From assembly GCF_000400465.1 (NCBI RefSeq), contig NW_008806284.1, positions 20,001 to 268,000 of the forward strand: DNA of 248,000 nucleotides, given 5' to 3'. The notes below the pieces were generated by a model that was not told the DNA's origin, did not search any database, and saw only the letters and a list, made by a program, of their open reading frames with translations. This DNA is from Wallemia ichthyophaga EXF-994 (taxonomy: Eukaryota; Fungi; Basidiomycota). The number at the start of each line of letters is the position of its first letter. Within the stretch, counting starts at the first letter, position 1. A program made the translations under genes and the position numbers. This document shows, one piece after another, positions 13,631 to 26,940 of this stretch.

Positions 13631-13672
13631 GGCAGCTGGCAGCTGGCAGGTGCAAGTGGCAGCTGGCAGGTG
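13631..13672. promoter_or_regulatory. Tandem array of six CANNTG (E-box) hexamers
   Basis: ggCAGCTGgCAGCTGgCAGGTGCAAGTGgCAGCTGgCAGGTG in a divergent intergenic region. Confidence 0.35.
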
Positions 13673-13989
13673 ACAATGCGTGGCTGGTGTTTGCGCTTTT
13701 CCTTGTGCTTCTATTGCTTTTCTTGAGGCTGGTTCCTGAACGTACCCACTGAAACGATGCTGTGCTGTGCTGGCCATGTCGCCGATTAGAGGGTGGCGAG
13801 TGGATGAGTGGGTGCATGAGCGTGAGTGTGAGTGAGAATAACAAGAACAATATGGATATGCATATGAATTGCCCACAAGAAGACGCTAGGTCTCTCGGTG
13901 AATGAAACACCATCAGCGACTACAACGCCACGAATATTTTGTATTATTTATACATCTAATCCAACACACCTTGTTGCCGTCATACAACC

Positions 13990-14897
13990 ATGCGTCTAGC
14001 GATAATCGGCGGAAACGGATTCCTGGGCTCAGCGATAACGAAAGCCGCGGTCGGGCGCGGTTGGCAAGTGAGCAGCGTGAGCCAATCTGGGCGGCCATAT
14101 GCGTCACCGTCAGGCCACGCGCCGAAATGGACGAGCAGGGTGGGTGAGCGGTGCGAGAGGTGCGACGCACGCTAAACTAGCTGGACACACAGGTAGAGTG
14201 GCACCGCGGCCATGTGTTGGACGCGGAAACGTACCGGGAAGTGATAGCGGAGAGCGATGCGGTAGTGCACACGCCGGGTATACTGCTCGAATCTGACTAC
14301 AAGGGGGGAGTTATGGGTGCACTGAATGCACTGTGGCACTCGCACCAGCCCCCAAACCCGCTAAGTGGGGGACAGTACGAGCGGGTGAATAGAGACGCGG
14401 CTATGACGGTGTCTGGAGTGTTTCAAAAGACCAGAAGCGGCTCATCTGTAGATAACCCGTTCGTTTATGTCTCGGCAGCTGATGTATTCAGACCGCTGAT
14501 ACCGGCACGGTACATTTCAACTAAGAGGGAGGCGGAGGAGTGGATTGCTGGACTGGACGGTGTTAGAGCGGTGAGCCTCAGGCCGGGACTCATGTACCAT
14601 CCTCACACTAGACCGCTGTCGACCATTCCAGCGACGCTGATTGATGGACTCAATCATCTGACTAGGTGCGGCGAGGCGAATGCAAAGAGCATCCAACACA
14701 CGCAGCACATGCACTCATCACAATCATCACAATCATCACAATCCTCACAATCCTCATACAGCATTCTCAACTTGCTCCACACAAATGCTCTGCATATCGA
14801 CACAGTCGCAAACGGGGCACTCGAAGCTATCGCAGACAGCAGCGTGAGGGGGGCGCTGAGTGTGGAGGCCATCAAAGCGCTAGCCTGGAAGAATTGA
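13990..14897 (+). CDS. COQ11: Atypical SDR NAD(P)-binding protein, Coq11-like
   Basis: IIGGNGFLGSAI Rossmann motif; VVHTPGILLESDYK, RYISTKREAE. Confidence 0.75.
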
Positions 14898-14944
14898 GTG
14901 GAGAGAAAAGAATAAAATTTTACATATTTGGTCATATTTGATCA

Positions 14945-15832
14945 TTGCGTGGTATTTGTGCTATTGATAGGCATATTCAGCGAGCGACGATGAGAGTAAG
15001 GGGGATTGTTGAGAAGGGTAGACGCAGCACTCACGCGTGCTACAAGGAATGGCTCAATGTGCTACAGTACCGCACGAACCACAAGAAACCAGGGCGGCGG
15101 AAGAGGAGGGCGAGTGAGACGTCCAAAGACAGCGATAGTGAGGGAGGCGATGGCGATCGGGGGCTATCCAGCAAGCACCTCAACAAGCTCAAGCCGCTGC
15201 TCATGTCCAACTGTTCCGACACGCCTCTGCACATGAGTGGGGTGAGCATCGACACCAACACCAACTTGCACACCACGCTCGGCACTCCGCACGACACGGT
15301 GGATGAGAGTATTGGCGAAAAGGTCGAGAAGATGGCTCTGCGCGCGAAAACCAGAGCGTCTCTACCGCCTCCCAACAAGCTGCACTTGCAGAACACACAT
15401 GCTTACGACTTGGCGAAACTGTCAGAGCTGCGCGATAGTGACGAGAATTACGAGAAAGTTCACCGCGTAGCTCGCAAAGAGTGTAATAGACACTGCGCGG
15501 ATTGTCGAACACCAACACCGCTCTGGGCAGTGTATGCACTGCATGGCCAACCTATCGTACTGTTCATCTGCATACAGTGCTCAGGTTGGCACAGGTCGCT
15601 TGGTAGTCATATATCCAAAGTTAAGAGCGTCGAGTTGGATGAGTGGTCTGCTGAGCTTATCGATCTTGCGGAACGCACTGGGAATGTCGTGGGCAATAAG
15701 CTTTACGAAGCAACACTCCCAACCGCCCAAATACCCTCCCCTTCTTCCTCCACTTCAATAGATGTGGGCGAGTTTATTAGGAATAAATACCTCGATCGGT
15801 TGTGGGTGAGTGGGCGCGAGGAGGATAGATAG
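14945..15832 (+). CDS. ArfGAP zinc-finger protein
   Basis: NRHCADCRTPTPLWA...ICIQCSGWHRSLGSHISKVKSVELD. Confidence 0.9.
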   Translation: MRGICAIDRHIQRATMRVRGIVEKGRRSTHACYKEWLNVLQYRTNHKKPGRRKRRASETSKDSDSEGGDGDRGLSSKHLNKLKPLLMSNCSDTPLHMSGVSIDTNTNLHTTLGTPHDTVDESIGEKVEKMALRAKTRASLPPPNKLHLQNTHAYDLAKLSELRDSDENYEKVHRVARKECNRHCADCRTPTPLWAVYALHGQPIVLFICIQCSGWHRSLGSHISKVKSVELDEWSAELIDLAERTGNVVGNKLYEATLPTAQIPSPSSSTSIDVGEFIRNKYLDRLWVSGREEDR

Positions 15833-16175
15833 ATGCGTGTGTAGGTGAGTGTGTGGTTAAGTGCATTTGCACACATGCACACATGACACAATACATAACA
15901 CATAGTAATAATTGTATACCACTACCATGATAATATTAAGAGTTCATATAATGGACAAAATATGGATTATTATGCAAAAGCGCTGCTCAGAACCACCCAT
16001 TTACCCCAAACTTCTTGCGCGAGGCCCACAGATAGTTGCATGTGTCGGAACATGTATAGATGGATATACTTACATATCCATACGCACACTTGTTAAAAGC
16101 AAAGTAATAATCGTTTGTCACTACCATGATAAGAGCATATGTAATAGATCTAGGCAAATTACACAAAAGCACCCC

Positions 16176-18876
16176 TCAGAACCACCCCTTCATCCCCCAC
16201 TTCTTCTCCTTCTTGCGCTCAGCTTCGTGCTGCTTAGCCATGACTTTATCAATTTCCTTCTGCTCTTTCCTGAGTTTCTTGTCGTCTTTCTTCTCAGATT
16301 TCTTGTCTTTATCTTTCTTCTCAGGCTGTCTCGCCTTATCCTTGTTTATATCGTCGACTGGGGTGGGTGGAAGTGCAGGCTTAACTTCATCACTCCAATA
16401 CTTGCGATCGTAACCCTGTTGGAGGTTAGCCAAGTAGCGATGTTGTGCCTGTTCAGGGGAGAGATCAGGAGTCTCCTGTCTATTTTTATCCGAGAGTTGC
16501 GAGTGCGGGTCGTGCATATATCGGTCAGGTTTATTTAAGGCGGTGGAAGTACCCGCGAATGTCTTCTGCGCGTCATTGGCAGTAGCTAACGACGACGCAC
16601 CCTCTCCATACACATACCCCGTGTCGAGATTGCGCACGTTGTCGAGGAAGCGTGTTGGGGTTAGTATGTCGGTAGATCCTGTGTGAGTGTGAGTGTGTAT
16701 TCAAGTGCTATTACGCATTATGCATTGTGCACTTTGCACTCTGCACACCGCTCTCTCTTCACCCACCTATCAATACATCCCGCTGGTGTGTTTCACAAAC
16801 CTCATAAACACTCTGCACCTCGCTATATGTCATACCACCACAGACGTAAACGAGAATTTTGTTGCGGGTTTGTTGTGTGTTTTGTGTTGGGGTAAGACCG
16901 CGGGTTGATCCACCATTTCCATTCACGCTGGCGTTGGCATTCGTATTGCCTTCCACACTACCACTCCCGCCCCCTCCACTCACGTAGGACGCACTACGCG
17001 AGGCAGATGCCCAGGTCGCGCGAGCTGAGCGCAGGCTGCCTTGGGAGGGCGCTGGTGTGGTTGAGAGTGAGGAGGGAGATGAAGAGCTAGTAGCGGGGTG
17101 GGATTGAGAGTGAGGAGCGTTGCGAGGCCGTGAGTGAGAATTTGAGGAGCGTAGACTGAGGTTGCTGCTGCCACTGCCATTACCAGAAGGTGGTTTAAGA
17201 GAGTCTCCTGACGCATCAGCACCACCACCCTCCTCCACCCCATCCAGCCTGCTAAAGACACCCGTGTCGAGCTTGCCGTGTATTAGATCGGTGAGGGTGG
17301 TTTTGAGTGCGGGGATATATCTGCTCGTATCGTACGCATCGTCGTCCGACTTGCCCTTGTATTTGTATCGCCTGAATGCTTGCTGCTCGCTATCATTTTT
17401 GTTGACGCGCACACCTATATAGACAAGGTTATCGATGGCTTTGTGGTCATTTGGAGCCAACCGAGCATGCTGGTAGAGCCTCCTCTTATCCTCATCGCTG
17501 ACGCCATCTTTGAAGAGAATGTAGAGAGCAATGATGCGAATTTTGTCGCGGTTGAGGAGAGTGGGGTGGTCGAGGAGAGGTACCATCTGTTCTATGAGAT
17601 GGCGAGGTGTGCGATTATCGGCGGTTAGACCAGTCGCGCAGCATTGCTCGACGTCTGAGACTTGCATGAGGTTGCGATTGTTCACCTCACCCATAAGCTG
17701 GTCGGAGAGAGTGGTGTGGATGTACGCCTTGTCTTTTATGTCGGCGTGATCTGTCAACCCAGCTAACATACCCCTCAGACCATCCAAACCACTTGCATTC
17801 TTTAGGTCCTGATCTGCTCTTTCTGCCTGACGGGCTAACTCACCCACTTTGTCAATAGCATCTTTTAGGTGAAGGTGACGGATATCACACCAGATAGAGT
17901 CAGAGTAGTCGGATAAGGGGTGTTGCTTGGTGAGACCTTGTGATTGGCTGGATTTGTAGGAGAAAATGGGTGGAATAGAACAAGAGTCAAGGGAGCGTTG
18001 TGTGAGCAGATCGTTTGTGAGGGATTGGTAGGAGAAGTTATGGAGAAGGGGGAGCGCGAGGTCTAGAGTACGATCAGTGATGAGGAGGGTAGGGTTGGTT
18101 GCTGAGTTAGCCAGACCAAAGTCGTGGTTGTCGCGCTTGATCTGGGTTAGTTGTTTGGACAGAGCCACAGCAACTCTTCTCGCCACGCCAGAACCCTTTT
18201 GAGAGGAAGAGAAGGAGGATTTCCAAGAGGATTTCTTTGGGATTGGAGGGGAAGGGTTTGAGTTGAGGTAGTTGCCCGTTGAGGTAACTGGAGTTGCATA
18301 GGTGCCAACACCGTTGATAGAATTCTGGTATAAGATGATTGGGTGGATGTTTAGAGCGAGTAGGATATTCTCAAGGGATTTAACAGTTAGGGCCACTTGT
18401 AATTCACTTGAAGGGTAGTTGGTTGGTTGTGAGTAGTAACTGTGAAATGCACTGGGTTGATTTGTAGAGAAAGCCCGTGATTCAACTATAGTGTAGTTCA
18501 AAGGGATTTCCTTGAGAGTTACTAGCTTTGGTATAACACCACTGTTGATTATTTTAAATTCAAGTGATTTTGAAAGGGAGTCAAGGAGGTATAAGTGATT
18601 CTGATATGGTGATTGGGAGATGCACCTAATGACCCTATCAATTGAATGGGTTGTTGGGAGAATAAAGAATATTTTATCGAATCCATTTTCATTGTAATTG
18701 TTAACGATATCTTCCAATAATACTATTTGAGTGATTGATAGTTGTAATATCTCACTTAAAGGCATTATACTTAGTAAAATATCTCTGCTTGGAATATCAC
18801 ATATCAACTCCCTCCATCCACTCCCCTTCAAAACCCTCACAACCATCTCCTTTTTTATTTCGTTCAAGTTGGTCAT
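16176..18876 (-). CDS. SEC1: SM protein Sec1 (16176-16680 is the last exon)
   Basis: ITDRTLDLALPLLHNFSYQ, RDKIRIIALY, GGMTYSE, spliced IGG-STDILTPTRFLDN. Confidence 0.88.
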
Positions 18877-18893
18877 CGTTGTTATAAACCACC

Positions 18894-20912
18894 ATGAGTA
18901 ATTCTAATTTACCAGATTTCTTTAAATCAAATTCAAAACCCAATAATAACTTTAAATCAATTTGGAATAATAACGACGCTTTACCCACACTTTCCTTTAC
19001 AGATTCTTTGAATTCTTTTAACCAATTGGATTTGAATGGCACTAATAATGTCATTGACAATAATAATGTCATTGATACTGGTACTGTCATTAACACTGGT
19101 ACTGCCATTGATAATCCCACTCCCTCTCACTCCCTCAACGCTACTCCTCAGCTTCATCAGATACATCCACAGCCATACAATCCCACCCACACTCACCCAC
19201 AGATGCACTCACAAACACCCCCTACAATTCCTCCCACTCTCCCCACTCCCCCCTCCACCGATCAAATCATCCGCCACCAAGAACTACAGGACCTCAAAAG
19301 ACGCAGAAAAGCTATAAAAATTAGCTCCATGTCCAATTACAATCACTTAATGACCCCCTCCGACAAATCTTACATCCTGAGAATTCAACTCAGCTCACTA
19401 GCAACCGCTGACCCCTACACCGACGACTTTTACGCTCAAATCTACTCAATTCTTATGCGTAAGAATCAAGGTGTTCTCAACGTTGGTGGTATGGCTCTCT
19501 CCGTCGCTGCTGGCTCTACCCACTCCGGCATCGGCATCGGCGCTGCTAAAAAGTTACGCGATCAAATCGATAAAATTGTCAGATCAAAGAGGCAGAATCA
19601 GCTAGACGATAAAAACAATCTCAACCAAGAAAACTCCCTCGTCGGCGCTCTAGGCACATCCACTAAAACTAATTCCAGAGCCCCAAGACAGGTACTTCAA
19701 ATCGATTCTGACATTTCCTCCGAGTCAACAAAGGCTTCCGCAATAGATGTCCTCTCCTCCCTTCAGAAAGGTTACCCCATCTCTTCCAACTCGTCAAACT
19801 CCCCTCAACCCCCACTCACACGTCGTCAGTGTCTGATGGCTTCTGAGAAGCTGTACGATCATGTACTCGCTCTTGAAAGTCTTGCCAGGTCTAAACCGAA
19901 TGAGTCACCCACTGAGCAAGTCAATGAAGAAGATCATGTACAATCCACCCAAGCCTGGCAATCACAATACGCCAACCACATTGACGCTGTGTGGAAGGGG
20001 TTGAGAGTGATGGAGCCGCTCGAACTATCCAATCCTCATCCCTTCATCTCCTTAATCGCCCTCCCCAAAACATCCAAGCTCCTCCCCAGAGCAACTCGAC
20101 ACCTCGACCACCAACAAATCCTCACTATCAACACTCTCATCATTGCGTGTTTCTCCCAACTCCTCTCTCTCCAAGATAGCTGTGGTAGTTTTGTCGAAGC
20201 TTTCTTGAGTGGTGTGGTGCCGCAATTTATGAGTATGATTGCTGGCGTTAGTTTGCGCCTGGTGGCTGGAATGCTTGCGTTGTTTGTTGAGCGCAACGAT
20301 GTCGTAACTGTGGCGCAGTCTAAGGTGTGCATTTGGCATTTCAGCTTCTCGCTTCATCTCATTCTAACATAACCCTCCACAGCCCGGTCTAGCCTTCCTC
20401 ACCATCCTACTCAGCAGAGCTGAGATACTCAAGCAGATCCCGCTTGGTGTCGAGCAGGCACCTGCGCCTGAAGAGACAGCTCAATGGTGGGTATACCCTT
20501 AGATTAGCGCTCAGCCAAACTAACACTCCTCTCACTCACACAGGGACCAGATCTTCTCCCTCTTCTTGCACAAACTCCTCACTCACCTCCCCCACCTCTT
20601 CCCTTCGCAGCGCGAGAAAGCTGCGCGCGGGTTTGGTGGAGTGCCTGGTGTGCCCGCCGTTGACACCCACACCACCACTCTCCTCCTCGACAACGACGAT
20701 GAGAGCGTGTGGCGCTTCCTCGCGGCTATTGCACTCAACAGCGATAACATCCAGCAATCTTCCCTCGTGCAAGACGTGCGTGATGTCGTCCATGAAAACG
20801 TAGTCTCGGCTCAACAAGCTTGGGTACCTGCGCAGAGTGCTCATAAGAGGATAAGCAACGTTAACGTCTTTTTGCATGCCCTCGGCTTGGATGTCAGTCA
20901 GTTGGGTGTATA
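18894..20912 (+). CDS. PAT1: mRNA decapping activator Pat1
   Basis: YNHLMTPSDKSYILRIQLSSL...DPYTDDFYAQIY; C-terminal helical domain. Confidence 0.85.
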
Positions 20913-23432
20913 GGGTCTGTAAACGGTTATTTGTAGTTTGTGCAATGTGCCTTGCCATCGTTGCTCACTGCTAATATATTACAATGAATATTTATCATTT
21001 AAGTCATTATTTATCTTCCTTTACCTCCTGACACACGTTTCTGGAACACGCCATGTCTCATAATTTCATCCTTCCGTTGGAAAGTTGCATAAATTGCTTG
21101 AATTGCTTGAATTGAAACAAGAATCTGTTTCCTTATCGAGATTGCTAAAACTAAGATGAAAGATGACCAAGCCACATTCGGATGGAAGTACGTCCATTGA
21201 CCAGTAGCGCACACTCTCTACAAGCCCCGACATTAGTCAAGAAACATTATCTGTAATTCTGCACCTCTTTAAAATCTTTGCACTTTAAGAAGTTTTGATG
21301 GACGCAGTTTAAATGTCTTAACATTAAATTCAGATTTCATCAACACATTCGTTTACAAGATAGTTTACATCGTTTATCTACATGACTAAGCTACATCGTC
21401 ATATCGATAATACGACTAAATAAGTATTTTGTTTGCTTTGGTGGGCGGCTCGAGAAACGGTAGTTGCAGTAATCAATGCTCTTACCCCACAACTCTTCCT
21501 TGCTAGAACCAATTGACTGAAACTTTTCCACCATTTGAGGGTAGTTGTATGCTGGAGATCCTATTACAACTAGCCCACCCAGCTCCAGCGTGACTTGTTG
21601 TGAGTGTACTTCATAATCTCTTAACGGTTTTCGTGAAAGCTTGATGATCTCGAGAGCATCATTTAAGAATTTTATAGCATTCAGGAAGAGGAATCTCATG
21701 GACAGATAACGACCTGGATGCAGTTGCTGTGTGAAACAAACAGTCACGCCAATAGTATTCTAAATGGTTTGTTAATTGCTTTTGAAGGATGCTATGCGAA
21801 TCACTTTTAACGAATCAGGACCGTCAACCTGTGGACGGATAACATCGTTTATGTACGCGTCTGTATCAAAGCTAACAGACTTCTCGTATGCATCCAGGCC
21901 AACGTCAAGTCTCATTTCATGCATTTTAATCTCATCGCTCACACGCGCGTGCACCGCTGAAATTTTTGACAGTACTCCATGTCACTGCTGTTGCTATTGG
22001 GCTACTACTATTTAAGATATTCTCTATCCTTATTGTCAACGATGTTTGATTTAAACCTTGTCAGAACCTTTATCGATATCAGAATTACACACCTCTTGAG
22101 AGCATGCAGTCGACTAGCGAATCTCACAAAGGCTCTAACAACCTCCAATGCCTCTCGAGGAGCGGCTTTAGACTATTTTAGAGGTTTGTCTTTATAAATT
22201 CTGTTTTCAAATAGTTTCATTTTGTGGCTCTGGACAACATTGTGAAACATTGAACAACTTTTAAACAGTGCACAAAATGGATCTCATGTCAGATAATAAT
22301 AAAAAACAATGTGAAACTACGGCCTATATTGTATTTACTTAGGCATTTTAATTTACATAATTACACCTCAAACGTATGAACGACATTCAGCACGCTCAAA
22401 TGAAATCAAAGCCGATGATGAATTGTGCTACAGGTGAATCAGCGAAAGCTGTAAAAACAATTCATTAGTCACGTGTTGTCGAATATATGTCATTCTTTCG
22501 CTCACTCATTGAACTGCTTGTGTACACGCAATCAGAGTGTGCGAATGCAGCGCCCTGTAGAAAAGAAAGTTCCACGTGTTTCTAACATGAATTTCTTTTG
22601 CTAGATGAGAGAGAAAGTGAAATGGTAGGTCTTCTTAGTTACAGCTCACACTTAGCTCTGTGAACGCTACGAAACAGAAAGCAAAACACGCGTCTGGAAA
22701 CTTAGCGTACTCCGGTGATTAAAAATTTAAAATTTGAAGCTTGGCGCTTTGTAATTTGACAGCAGAGGATGTTAACAGTACAATGGCGGCCTAGTGGCGG
22801 ACAATAAATCGGACTCCAAGTGGAGGTGAGTCCTAGATGATCGGTAATCCGACTACTTCAACTTCTGGCGCAGGCTAGTAATTAAATAGAAAAATCTGTA
22901 CCCAAAACATACACAAGCTCTTGTATATCTGTTGATAGAAGCCTGCGTAAACACCTTTGGCTAACGAAATGCTTGTTGATTAGGTCTCACAATTTAAGCA
23001 GGATAGTCAGCAAGAGATGTTTCAGAACCGCTGGCTGAAACACCTGCATGAAGGCTTTACACAAGCGAGGAATGTGTCCTGCTGGCCAAGAAGGCATCCA
23101 GGAAACCTGGATCTGCTATATACAGAATTTGTAATCGTGACGTTAAGACGTGCATAAAGGTAGCATGTACAGTCTACAGCGTGACACGTCCACTTTACTT
23201 ATACAGACCAGCTCAGCATGAGTCCCTTGCCCATTACATCGCTACGTATCAAGTTTTCATCAAACATTTTTCTTGTTATCCACAGTATCTCTAACAGCTG
23301 GGTAAATATGCTCTTTCCTTTCTTATCTCACTGCAAAAGATTTGGTATACGTTCTCGACCAGGTATATTATGTTTTGAATGTTACAAGAAAAATTTACGA
23401 TCGCCATCGTCGATATTTCCAACAATCAGCAC

Positions 23433-25258
23433 TCAACACTCAGACACAGATACCGGTATCTTCACCGACGTGGCCAGACCGGCGAGAGAAGTCTCCTTGA
23501 GCTGCGTACTCATCAGCGCGGCCGTCTCACGCATAGCATTGATGGCCATATCAAACGAGACAACGTGTTCGCCGTTGGTGGAGAGAGCTAGCTGAGCGGC
23601 ACTGATAGACTTGACGGCGCCGAGGTAGTTGCGCTCAATGCATGGCACCTGCACGAGACCGTGAGGAATATCGCCTGTGATGAGAGTTAAGAGTGAGCAA
23701 AATAAGACATTCACAAATTCCCTTTAAACTCACAAGTAAGGCCTAAGAAATGCTCTATTCCACACTCAGCCGCCTGGAGTATCTCCTTGGTGCTGCCTCC
23801 ATTGAGCGCCGCGAATCCTGCCGCCGCCATAGACGTAGCACTTCCGACCTCCCCCATGCACCCTGCCTCTGCGGCACTGATTGAAGCACCACGACGTATG
23901 AGCATGGCTATTGCTGCGCTGGTGAGGAGGAACTGTTGCATGTCGGTGTGTGCATCGTGGGATAGGAACTCCAGATAATATTTCAATACCGCCGGTATCA
24001 CACCAGCACTGCCCATAGTGGGGGATGTTACCAGTCGCGCCCCACATGCATTAGCCTCCATCACCGCTATCGAGTAACACATGAGGAAATCTATGGTTTT
24101 CACTTCGTTGTTCCGACGCGGCGGGATAGGGGGTAGGGGATGGGAAATGTTGCCGTGAATCTGTGGAGTGTTTTGCGCGTCTTGGCTGCTTCGCCTATAT
24201 AGCCCGCTCTGTAGCCTACTGTACAACATCTTCCCGCGCTTCTTCACCTTCATTGGGCCGGGCAAATACTCCTCGTTGGCGGATATCCCATTGAGGATGC
24301 TGTCGTCCATTGCGTGCCAGATAGTCGTTAGCTTTGCGTCAATCTCCTCGGGCGTGTACCACGTCAGCTCGTTGTTGTAGACTATCTGCGCAATGGTGAG
24401 GTTGTGCGTTGCGCACAGCTGGAGCAGTTCGTCACCCGTGTGGAAAGGGAAGGGGACTTCTTTGGGTGTGCCTGATGCGCTCGCACCATCCCCGCCCTCC
24501 TCTACCACCTGCACCTCGCGTCTCGACCTATCCACCTCATCCTTCTTGATCGCCTTGTAGAAGACATTCTCCGTGATCTCGGTGTTGTCGTGCACGACGA
24601 ACCCGCCGCCGATCGAGTAGAAGGTGTTAGTGGCGAGCAGATCACCCGACTCAGCGAAAACGCTAATCTGCATCGCGTTCGGATGGCGTGGGAGTGCCTC
24701 GTCCATCCGCCAGTTGATGTCCTTGTGTATATCGAAGGTGACCTTCTTTGTCTGAGAGTTCTCACTGCGCAGCTCAATCGCGCGCTCCTTCTCCACCTTC
24801 TCGAACTTGCCAGGAAGCGTGTTTACATCCATACTCATATCCTCTGGATCGAATCCCTGAAGCCCCCAGCAAATTGCCTTGTCGGTCATGTGCCCACCGC
24901 CAGTCAGGGCTAGCGAGCCATACAGCGTTATTTTCAGCGAGTGCACCTTAGATAGCACCCCGGAATCAGTTAAATCGTTCACGAATATACGCGCTGCGCG
25001 TAACGGTCCGCATGTGTGCGAGCTTGATGGTCCAATCCCAATTGAGAAGAGATCGAAAGTCGATATGACGGCGTGTTCTGTTTTGGGCGTGGTGGTTTGT
25101 GAGTCTGGTGGGTTGGTTGAGGTAGTTGTGCTGTCCGCAACGTCTGCCAGCCACCTCACACGCTGTGAAGCTACTGAAGAACGCAGTGGTTGTGCGCGTG
25201 GGCCCGGGATTTTCAGCATCCTTCCAGCCGCTAAGCTCCTTCTCATCAAAGTCATCAT
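23433..25258 (-). CDS. Fe-S-dependent (bacterial SdaA-type) L-serine dehydratase with mitochondrial-like presequence
   Basis: [45 protein letters not shown]. Confidence 0.9.
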
Positions 25259-25437
25259 AGTTTTTATTCAAATCAACGCCCGCATTTTTTGCTCTAATCT
25301 CACTTTGCAATTCACCTGATAAGCATATCGCGCTAGCCCGCTATAGGCGAGTGGATACAGAAATAGAAATAACATCTCGAGCGACATGTACCATGCATTG
25401 AAATCTACCAAGTATTTAACTACTTTTACAAATAAAC

Positions 25438-26125
25438 TTACTTGGCAGAGATAATACCTGAGGAAAATTTGTCAGCTAGAGTGAAAAACTTCAAACAACC
25501 CAAACACACCATCAAAACGTTGCTTGAACCAAGCTTGAGCTTCCTCCTTCTTGACCTTGTGCTGGAAGCCAATCTTGTTGTTGCGAGACTTACGCTTAGC
25601 AACGCGGTAACCAGGGCGGGAGATGACGACGTAGAAGTCAGCACCGAAGATACCAATACCTGGGTCATACTTGATACCCAAATCGATGTGCTCGTCGACA
25701 CCGAAACCAAAGTTACCAGTTTCACTAAAGTTACCCTTCTTAAGCTCGTACTCCTTAACCTTAAGGCCACGCTCTAAGATTTCCTCAGCCTTTGGACCTC
25801 TAACGGTAACGTGGCAAGCGATCTTTTCGTTACGACGGATACCGAAGGTACGGACGGTGTAGCGTGCCTTTGAGGTGACTGGAGTTTGACCAGTGAGTTG
25901 CTCAAGGACCTTTGCTGCACGAGTGAGTCTGTCACCGGATTCACCAACGGAAATGTCTGCGAGTGCGCGTTAGCTGTGAGCGGTGTACGATAACGATTAT
26001 TTACTGATGACGAGCTTTTCAACGCGAAGCTCCTTCATTTGGTTGCTTGGTGCAGTTGACTCGGCCTGTTTGGATTATATTTGTCAGTCTACAGTTTTAT
26101 ACTGCGTTTCACTCCAATTCACCAT
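25438..26125 (-). CDS. RPL11: 60S ribosomal protein L11 (uL5)
   Basis: [29 protein letters not shown]. Confidence 0.95.
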
Positions 26126-26359
26126 TTCGATTTTTAACGTCGCTGAGCTCGAGTTGCGATAGACGAAATTCTCAAGCAAACGAGCTGAAAAAATTACAAA
26201 TCTTATTTATCACTGGGGGTATAATATTCGGGGTGATAGATGGTCTATTAATGCGTGTATACCTTTCATTTCCCCCTTTCTCCAATTTTCAACGACTCGT
26301 AAAGTCTTCTCGACAGCCATTTCATCCGATTTGAACAGAACCTGTATTATAAATTACAT

Positions 26360-26940
26360 TCATGTATTGTACAATTCATTGTCTTTGCAATCCCCCGCTG
26401 GTCTTATCCACAACCCAGGCTGCTCACTCACCCTCGCTCCCCCTCGAGGTTGACGGAATGAGGGAGAAGTTAGGCGCTGTGAGTCTATGCCTTGGTGGGG
26501 GCATTCTAGGACCATATGACTCTGGCAGCGGCGGCAGCGGACGCGAGTTAAGTGTCTGCGAGAGTTCAAGGAGGTACTATCAAATAAGTCAATCTCAACA
26601 CTCAAGTCGAAAACAACGTCCACTCACTTCCTTAGGTGGCGCGAGAGAGAATTGGTGGTTTGATTTCACAGATATCGCCATCTCAACATCACCAAGCTCA
26701 ACACCGCCATGACCATTCCTGCCGGCGTACTCTGCATAAACTAGCGAATCTGATAATATCTCGTGCGTGTACCCTATAATATGTTAGAGTTTCCTGTGGT
26801 ATTCGACTCGACCTCCACCCACTGTTGGAGAAGTCAAGCAACATATGGATCGTTGCTGGTGGTGCATCGTTTATCCCCTTGGATGCGAGCATAAGCGATA
26901 TCAGATGCGCTGTTCTTGGTGTTGGCTTGTTGTCCGCCAT
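26360..26940 (-). CDS. TAF9: TFIID/SAGA subunit Taf9
   Basis: PRTAHLISLMLASKGI...MLLDFSN; RYTHEILSDSLVYA histone fold. Confidence 0.8.

Noticed and set aside
16176-16637. Apparent separate 153-aa gene
   Set aside because: It is the spliced last exon of SEC1 (IGG-STDILTPTRFLD).
22555-22860. GAAAGTTCC and GATGATCG motifs reminiscent of RNase P/MRP or U3
   Set aside because: The other required conserved boxes were not found.
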